Shown here in pieces: positions 10,369-16,819 of a DNA stretch of 32,000 bases. Both the position numbers and the translations under genes were made by a program. Source of the stretch: Amoeboradix gromovi X-113 (lineage: Eukaryota; Fungi; Sanchytriomycota); the NCBI GenBank assembly GCA_018985225.1, contig JADGIF010000006.1, positions 16,058-48,057 of the forward strand, in the 5' to 3' direction. The number at the start of each line of letters is the position of its first letter. The stretch's first letter is position 1. Under the pieces are notes generated by a model, which worked only from the letters and a program-made list of their open reading frames with translations, was not told the DNA's origin and did no database searches.

Positions 10369-10533
10369 TTAAATTTGAAAGCCTTTTGATCTTAAACAGG
10401 CCTGATGTGCTAGTATTTCGCCGCCACAGCTGTCCTCTCCTTTCATTAAAACACATTTATCTCGCAAAGTTCTGGTCAGCTTGCATGCGCAACATGGCTT
10501 AGCATCGTCATTATTGGAATCTTTAGAGGACAT
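10369..10533 (-). CDS. COX17: Cytochrome c oxidase copper chaperone, 54 aa (not in ORF track)
   Basis: Manual translation MSSKDSNNDDAKPCCACKLTRTLRDKCVLMKGEDSCGGEILAHQACLRSKGFQI: KPCCAC copper site, twin CX9C, and GF.I C-terminus. Confidence 0.95.
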   Translation of the reverse strand: MSSKDSNNDDAKPCCACKLTRTLRDKCVLMKGEDSCGGEILAHQACLRSKGFQI

Positions 10534-10667
10534 TTGGAGTTTTATAGCAAGGGGTCAATCTTTCATGGAAATAATGTGCATTGCCAATTTTAAACAAAGT
10601 GATGCGTTGACCGGAAATGACTTCAACGTATTAAGAATCATGAGTATAAAAATAAAATGAAATGCTT

Positions 10668-11165
10668 TTATTTTGCAGGAATTTCTATACTACCGTCAGT
10701 AATACCATCGCTAACCTCTTTAGGAGACTTGCCATCAACTGTACAACCAACGCTGAATGCAGTTCCTAAAATTTCCTTTACATTTCCCTTAAATTCACGA
10801 GCATAGCTCTTGTCTCTCATCTCTCTAGCGATATCCATAATTTTAGATAATGGCACATCTCCATTATGCAATATATTCTTCTCCTTTTTCTTATCACGGG
10901 GAGGTTCATTAAGTGCTTTAATAACAAGAGAGCTGGCAGCCGGTAGTACACTACAAGTAGCTTGTCTATTTTGAATTTTCAACTGAACAGTAACACGTAA
11001 TCCTTTCCATTGTGCAGTTGATTTTGCGATATCTTCACCAACTTTCTTAGGTGATAAACCAAGTGGACCAATTTTAGGAGCTAATGCAGATCCACCCGGA
11101 ACTTCGCCACCAGTGACTCTTAAATTTACATATATAATCTCAGTTGGATCAAATTTTGGAGGCAT
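10668..11165 (-). CDS. RPL12: 60S ribosomal protein L12 (uL11)
   Basis: [45 protein letters not shown]. Typical 165 aa length. Confidence 0.98.
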   Translation of the reverse strand: MPPKFDPTEIIYVNLRVTGGEVPGGSALAPKIGPLGLSPKKVGEDIAKSTAQWKGLRVTVQLKIQNRQATCSVLPAASSLVIKALNEPPRDKKKEKNILHNGDVPLSKIMDIAREMRDKSYAREFKGNVKEILGTAFSVGCTVDGKSPKEVSDGITDGSIEIPAK

Positions 11166-11440
11166 TTCTCAACCTAACGGTCTAGAGCTCGCATGATATA
11201 TACACGTGTTATGTCCAATCAAACAGCTTTCCCCTTGCAACTAATACCTTGTGCATTAATTTAATGATAATTATAGCCGAAAGCAAGCAAAAGGTCAAGT
11301 GAACTGTTTCTTTGTCGCGCCTCTTATTGTTTGCTTTAAACTTAGTGCCGCAGATATCCTGAAATATGTTCATATGTTCACTATGTTTCAAATTTTTAAT
11401 GTGTCTGGATTTAGCAACATGCTACGCAATTAGAGATGTG

Positions 11441-11448
11441 TATATAAG
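11441..11448 (+). promoter_or_regulatory. TATA box of microprotein 1
   Basis: TATATAAG starting 29 nt upstream of ATG 11470. Confidence 0.5.
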
Positions 11449-11469
11449 AACTTCAGAATCCGATTGCAG

Positions 11470-11715
11470 ATGATCCCGAACCACATTAAAGCCGTTCAAC
11501 AATCAATGTCTAAGCTGAAAAATGAAAATATCGAATTGCGGAAAAAAGCTTTAATAATGACTACCCTTGACAGAATGATGCTGGAACATCCGGTACAATA
11601 TTGTAAGGCCATTTATACCAAGAATTATAAGAATATACTTTGTAAGATGATTAAATGCGGAGTCGCAAGTGAAAAATCAATATTGCACGATAAAGTAGTA
11701 AATCTTATTCTGTAG
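11470..11715 (+). CDS. Microprotein 1 (81 aa), SERTA/Zds_C-like helical motif
   Basis: QSMSKLKNENIELRKKALIMTTLDRMMLEHP aligns with two paralogues in this window. TATA box upstream. Confidence 0.65.
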   Translation: MIPNHIKAVQQSMSKLKNENIELRKKALIMTTLDRMMLEHPVQYCKAIYTKNYKNILCKMIKCGVASEKSILHDKVVNLIL

Positions 11716-11807
11716 TAACGTCAATACAGTTTTAGGATATTTTAGAATATCAATTTTGTTATTTTGTCTTTTTTATTCGTGTAAAATTATTTTAGGGGAT
11801 AAAACAG

Positions 11808-12878
11808 ATGATTAAAACGGTCCCAACTTCCAACTCTCTAGGTGTGCTTCAATTGTTTGTAAAAGAGGGCGGCTCTAGAAACCTAAAGCCAGGCGTTTCT
11901 TCAATGCTAGGATATTTTGGATACAGCGGAAATGAAAACTTAACACAATTAAAAATTGCCAGAGAGGCAGAATTGCGCGGTGTAGCATTCTCTTATACAG
12001 TTGAACGTGACTACTTAGCGTTTAAAGCGCAGTTTTTAAAAACAGAATTATCGTTTGTAATGGATGTTTTTAAAAATTTACAAAATGTTGAGTATGTTGA
12101 ATACAAGTACAAAGATATCAAGATCAAAGCTGAAAATGAATCTTGGGGTGCCTTTAGTACAAAGAATACCTTTGTCGAAGAATATTTGCATCTGCTGTCA
12201 TTTCGTGGACAACCTCTAGGGGAAAGCATTTATCCAAAGTCCCCAGTTTCTCTATCCGACATTAAATCTGCCGCGTCCAGTGTTTTTAGAAACTCTCAGA
12301 TTTTAGGTATTGGATTCGAAAAGAGTGAATTAGAGAAATTTGAATTGTCTTTAGGAAAAGCAAAACCATCTGAAATAGCTAAATTTGTAGGTGGTGAGAC
12401 AGTGATTCATAAACCGTTTGCTAGTACCGTTGCAATTGCCATCCCTATAAGCAATTCCGCAGATGCTGATGCTTTAAGAAATAGCTTGGGTGATACCACT
12501 CCGAGAGTCAAGTATGGTAACTCCGCTAGCTTAATGAGCAGATCAGCTCCTAAAGATGTTTTAATTACTACTAAAGCCTGTCACCACGAAAATTCTCCAT
12601 CTTTACTTCAATTTGCCATAACTGCAAATACCGCAGACCAGTTTAAAGCGAGCTACATCGCAATTCAAGAGGCTCTTGGGAATGTCAAAGAATCCCTACC
12701 TGTTTTGCCTAATGATACAGCAAATGGCAAGTTGAAAGAGTTAATTAACGAGGAATTAGGCCTTAAACTGGGGAAAGGAAATGTTGTAAAAGGTGCAAAA
12801 GAAGCACTGGCAAATATTAAATCCCTTAAGAGCATTGTGTATGTAGGAGACGTTAATCATATTCCCAAATTTCAATAA
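11808..12878 (+). CDS. QCR2: Cytochrome bc1 complex core subunit 2 (M16 peptidase-like)
   Basis: VKEGGSR, PGVSSML, LKIAREAELRG...ERDYLAFKAQFLK and C-terminal VGDVNHIP parallel yeast Qcr2 as recalled (GGSR, LKLVRESELLG, DREYITLKATFLK, VGDVSNLP). Confidence 0.85.
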   Translation: MIKTVPTSNSLGVLQLFVKEGGSRNLKPGVSSMLGYFGYSGNENLTQLKIAREAELRGVAFSYTVERDYLAFKAQFLKTELSFVMDVFKNLQNVEYVEYKYKDIKIKAENESWGAFSTKNTFVEEYLHLLSFRGQPLGESIYPKSPVSLSDIKSAASSVFRNSQILGIGFEKSELEKFELSLGKAKPSEIAKFVGGETVIHKPFASTVAIAIPISNSADADALRNSLGDTTPRVKYGNSASLMSRSAPKDVLITTKACHHENSPSLLQFAITANTADQFKASYIAIQEALGNVKESLPVLPNDTANGKLKELINEELGLKLGKGNVVKGAKEALANIKSLKSIVYVGDVNHIPKFQ

Positions 12879-12910
12879 ATTGCCTATTAAACATAGTTAT
12901 AATTATTTAT

Positions 12911-13036
12911 TTAGTGATTCTTTTCATCTTGCTCGTTAGCTTGGTATGCATAAAGCATAATTAGAGACATCATTGCAAATCCAACAATGTTTATGAAGAA
13001 ACCAAGTTGATCATCACTTATTGGAGAGGCGGACAT
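12911..13036 (-). CDS. OST4: Oligosaccharyltransferase subunit 4, 41 aa (not in ORF track)
   Basis: Manual translation MSASPISDDQLGFFINIVGFAMMSLIMLYAYQANEQDEKNH: ISDxQL, a single TM with G and LY. Stop followed by ATAAA. Confidence 0.88.
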   Translation of the reverse strand: MSASPISDDQLGFFINIVGFAMMSLIMLYAYQANEQDEKNH

Positions 13037-13880
13037 CTGTGTGGAAAATTAATGTGCATGCAATTTATAAAGACAAAAACCCTAATATTAACTCCATTAA
13101 GCTGTTGCGTCCAATTTGTGATCGCACGCTAACTTGTTAATTATTTTTTATGCTCAGTAGGGCATGTTTGACATCTATAACTTTAAGAGATTATAAGGAG
13201 ACCCTAATTATTTCAACTTTCCCAATGTTTTTTAGTACCTTAAGTTAAAAATGAAGCCACATTAGATGTATACATGACCTATATGTTGGGATAGGGCTCA
13301 AAGGAGAAACACTATCCATTAGTAACTCTATATCGCGGCTTACAGTGTTTTCAAGCGAAGTACATACAACTGCAAATATAATTAATAGTTCATCAGTAAA
13401 TTTTGTAAGTTAAGAAGTACGGAAAAAATTAAATAGAGGTTAGCAATTTGAATGTTTTGTGGAAAGTGTACTAAGTATAGTAGCGGGTGACAAAAAGAAG
13501 AATAGCTAATTATTGGATTTTCCAAACACCATCAAAAAGTGACGAAGCTGTAAAAAGTCTTAAAAAGCTATTGCAATAACATTGGGATTATCAGTAATAC
13601 CAGAATAGTTAATTAAGATTAGTACAAACATGTGAAAAGCTTTCGTTTCGAAAGATATTGGTTGTGGAATTACAGAGAGAAATTGAAAAAAAGTAATGCA
13701 CCATATAATCGCGATTACAAACACAATAGAAAGAGCCATTGCATGTGATGTAGCTGAGATATAATATTTGTAAAATTAAGACCAAATCGGCAAAAAGATT
13801 ATGGTAAAACAACTGCCTAATTTATCGGCAGTGAAAAAAGGAGTACAGGTAAAAACTGATTTTTTTATATTTTCTTTGTC

Positions 13881-14448
13881 CTCCTCCTTAAAAGTCCAGA
13901 TTTCCGAGAAAATCGAGAAATTCCACAGAAAAACTAGCAATGCTAGATCTCAGTTACAGTGATTGCTCACGCTTTCACTACCCTGAGGCGGGATTGAATA
14001 AGGATGCATATACTTGATGTATATGTTCCTTGCTGCCATATGATCTCTATCTACCTTCAAATGACACTTTGTACAGGTTCAGGTTTCTAAATTAGTTTTC
14101 TTTAGAGTACCATACCTCGTACATGGCATCGAATTTGTTCCTTGGTGCCATGTGGTCCATGTCCACTTCCAAACCACACTATGTACATGAGTAGCTCTCC
14201 AAATTGGTTTTCTTTAGAGTTCCACATACTGTACATGGCATCGAATTTCCGTGTTTGGACCAGCTTATCAGTCTGAGACGAATCTATGCTGTACCTATTA
14301 GTTATTTATTTAAAATTGATTTACCGTTTGCGAAGAGGAAGAATATCTAGTGTTTAAGCCATTAGAAAAATCTGGAAAAGTCTTGAAATGATACAAAAAT
14401 ATATACAAATTCGCGATAAATGATTTATTCAAGAAAATAGTCAAGCTG
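13881..14448 (-). mobile_element. IS607/Fanzor2 element copy C (both ends; duplicated Zn-ribbon/RuvC-III unit; internal deletion)
   Basis: Both ends match copy D. Minus strand encodes CTVCGTLKKTNLESYSCT*CGLEVDMDHMAPRN and then CTRYGTLKKTNLET*TCTKCHLKVDRDHMAARNIY. Confidence 0.9.
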
Positions 14449-14544
14449 TCACGATATCATGAATCTATCAATTTTCTATCAGCCAATCAACTGTCTCATC
14501 ATTTCTGTTTTCAAGAGCACCTCCTTGAAAATCTCAATTTGGAA

Positions 14545-14775
14545 ATGATTTGTTGGTCGGATCTATTAGAAAACTCTGATAGTTTCCCGCCATGCAAAGA
14601 CGAAGTAGAACAGGTTCATTCTATTCAAGTGAGTCTATTAAAGTTAGCTCGTCCAAGGCATCGAGAGGATTTATTAAAACAAATTCTAATAAGTAAAACC
14701 CTGGACAGGATGTCATCCGAACATCCAGAACTAATGAAATATCACTACCTCGGTCACAAGTTTAAAATTAAGTAA
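14545..14775 (+). CDS. Microprotein 2 (76 aa), SERTA/Zds_C-like motif
   Basis: VSLLKLARPRHREDLLKQILISKTLDRMSSEHP shares LI..TLDRM..EHP with microprotein 1. CCAAT at 14483. Confidence 0.65.
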   Translation: MICWSDLLENSDSFPPCKDEVEQVHSIQVSLLKLARPRHREDLLKQILISKTLDRMSSEHPELMKYHYLGHKFKIK

Positions 14776-15214
14776 ATTCAGATTCCTTTCAATGTTTTGT
14801 TCTACAGCTATAGGAACTCAACGCGTGTATCTGAAAATTATTCTGTGTAATCTCTAAGTTTGACATCCTTCAGCAAAATGAAGTCGCTTTGAGATATAAT
14901 CAATTAAAGCAAGTGCTTATTGGGCATAGGTCTCGTTGCAAACTAAAATCTAACTAGTTTGTTGCAGAGTTGGATTCCTAATTTTGATGCGAATGCCAAC
15001 TGTTCACAACTAGTAAATCTATAAAGCGAATCAACCCAGACGATCTTACTAGTTGATATAAAATATCTCATCAGTAAGCTCTGGAGTCCTATGCAATTCT
15101 CAAATGCTGCTGTTTACTTAAACAGATCAAAGAACAGTTTAATCTATTTACCTTGTTTTGGTAGCGCTTGATTAATGCTAGTGAATTTACTATACACCAA
15201 TTGGTTATTTACAG

Positions 15215-15472
15215 CTAGAATTTATTTACATTTTCTTTAAAGTTGGCTAACAGTTTTAATCTTTCCGAACTTACCATGTTCGGATATACAGCCAACATAA
15301 ACTCAATTGGGTAGCACCTTTCGATAAAACCTAACAACTGCCTCGCAAGCACCCGATTTCTTAGAACTTCTGTCTGCTTTTGTTTCGTATTTTCAACTAT
15401 TCTGTGCACTAGTTCCCATTCATTCTTCTTTTGTGCTGTATGCGCTGGTAAGAGAGTCGGCTGCTGGTACAT
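15215..15472 (-). CDS. Microprotein 3 (85 aa), more divergent paralogue
   Basis: LRNRVLARQLLGFIERCYPIEFMLAVY aligns without gaps to LRKKALIMTTLDRMMLEHPVQYCKAIY. CCAAT on minus strand at 15521-15525. Confidence 0.55.
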   Translation of the reverse strand: MYQQPTLLPAHTAQKKNEWELVHRIVENTKQKQTEVLRNRVLARQLLGFIERCYPIEFMLAVYPNMVSSERLKLLANFKENVNKF

Positions 15473-15698
15473 TTTCAATTTTTTGATCAGTTCTTCTTTA
15501 ATAAAATCGCAATATGATTGATTGGACTAGAATTTTAAACTTGTACCAATTGGTCGGTGTTGAAATTAATTAAAAAGAACCCTGAAAAATCAATTAATTT
15601 AGCTACGAGTTAAATGGAATAAGCCGTTTTATTGTTGTATTCGCTGTATCGCTCCATATTAGTTCTAAATTAATTGTTAAAAGAGACCCAATACAAGA

Positions 15699-15830
15699 CT
15701 TCTCGTTAAAAGTCCTGATTTCCGAGAGAATCGAGAATTTCCACAAAGAACTAGCAGTGCCAGATGCTCCGTTACAGTGATCGCTCACGCTTTCACTACC
15801 CTGAGGCGGGATTGAATAAGGATGCAGATA
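15699..15830 (-). ncRNA. Putative Fanzor omega-RNA scaffold at the right end of copy D (homologues 13881-14010 and 31529-31635)
   Basis: Lies between the RuvC-III codons and the element end. 44 nt are identical between C (13965-14008) and D (15783-15826). Terminal TTCTCG/CGAGAA stem. Expression is not shown. Confidence 0.6.
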
Positions 15831-16257
15831 CTTGTATATGTTCCTTGCTGCCGTATGGTCTCTATCTATCTTCAAATGACAATTGGTATAGGTTTAGATT
15901 TCTAAGTTGGTTTTCTTTATAGTACCACACCTTGTACATGTCTGACTAGTAAATGCTTCATTACATTCAAACATTGTCTTTCCTCTTTGTTTACACTTGA
16001 ACTTCAAGCGTTCTTTGAATAAATTGTGCAGATATCTTTTTTCTAGCCTCGAAAGACATCTAATTCTTCCATGTTTTGACTAGTTCCTCAGTGTTGACGA
16101 ATGTATGCTGCACCTGCTAGTTGTTTCTTTAGAATTGATTTACTACTTGTGAAAAGGAAAAACATCGAGTATTTAGGCTGTTGGAAAAGTCTTGAAATTA
16201 TACAAAAATGCATACAAATTCGCGATAAATGATTTATTCAAGAAAACAATCGAGCTG
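15699..16257 (-). mobile_element. IS607/Fanzor2 element copy D (most complete, 559 bp including flanking CAG)
   Basis: One frame from 16139: INSKETTSRCSIHSSTLRN*SKHGRIRCLSRLEKRYLHNLFKERLKFKCKQRGKTMFECNEAFTSQTCTRCGTIKKTNLEI*TYTNCHLKIDRDHTAARNIY. FKERL..KC...G......E.FTS.TC..CG and DRD..AARNI are hallmark TnpB/Fanzor2 C-terminal motifs. Confidence 0.92.
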
Positions 16258-16819
16258 CTCCGAAAATAGAGAAGCAAGATGGGTTTTGCGTCTATTCCTA
16301 TGGGCTTTGATAGCAACTACAAGAAAATGCTCCTGGTACACGTATGTCAGATACGGGTTTTAAGAGCAAGAAGGATATTGCTGCATTAAAAAACTCGGGT
16401 TTTACGCGGTAACCGATCTCGCTTAGTTGCTATCTGAGCAACGTTTTATTAATCAATAAACATGTACCAGGGGTCTGAGCATTAATTGTGAACGTACTTG
16501 CCGAATAATGCAGCGGCTGTCTTGACTTATAAACGATTCCTGAGTATGTGATTACAAAATTGACCAACAGTGAACATTAAATGTGTGATACTTTGAAAAA
16601 TAAACAATTTGGAGACATCAAACACAGACTGTAATTGAAAGCAAACAGCGACCGTATGACAGTAATCAACATATTTTATGCATGCTTATTAAACCCCGTA
16701 TTGGGATGGCAAATCTTATACTACTGCATTTCTCAGAAGAAATTATTGTTTTTTGGAAAACTAGGACTTTTACACCGTTGAAGATTTAAAATGTATTTAA
16801 TTTATTTTAAATTATAAAT

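Noticed and set aside
11779-11795. Possible 15-17 nt intron upstream of QCR2
   Set aside because: No branch motif and no upstream ATG to supply an exon.
15603-15875. ORF-track 90-aa ORF as a functional gene (also 5018-5206)
   Set aside because: It is the stop-truncated TnpB tail running through the element end into flank. 5018-5206 is antisense to the TnpA fragment.
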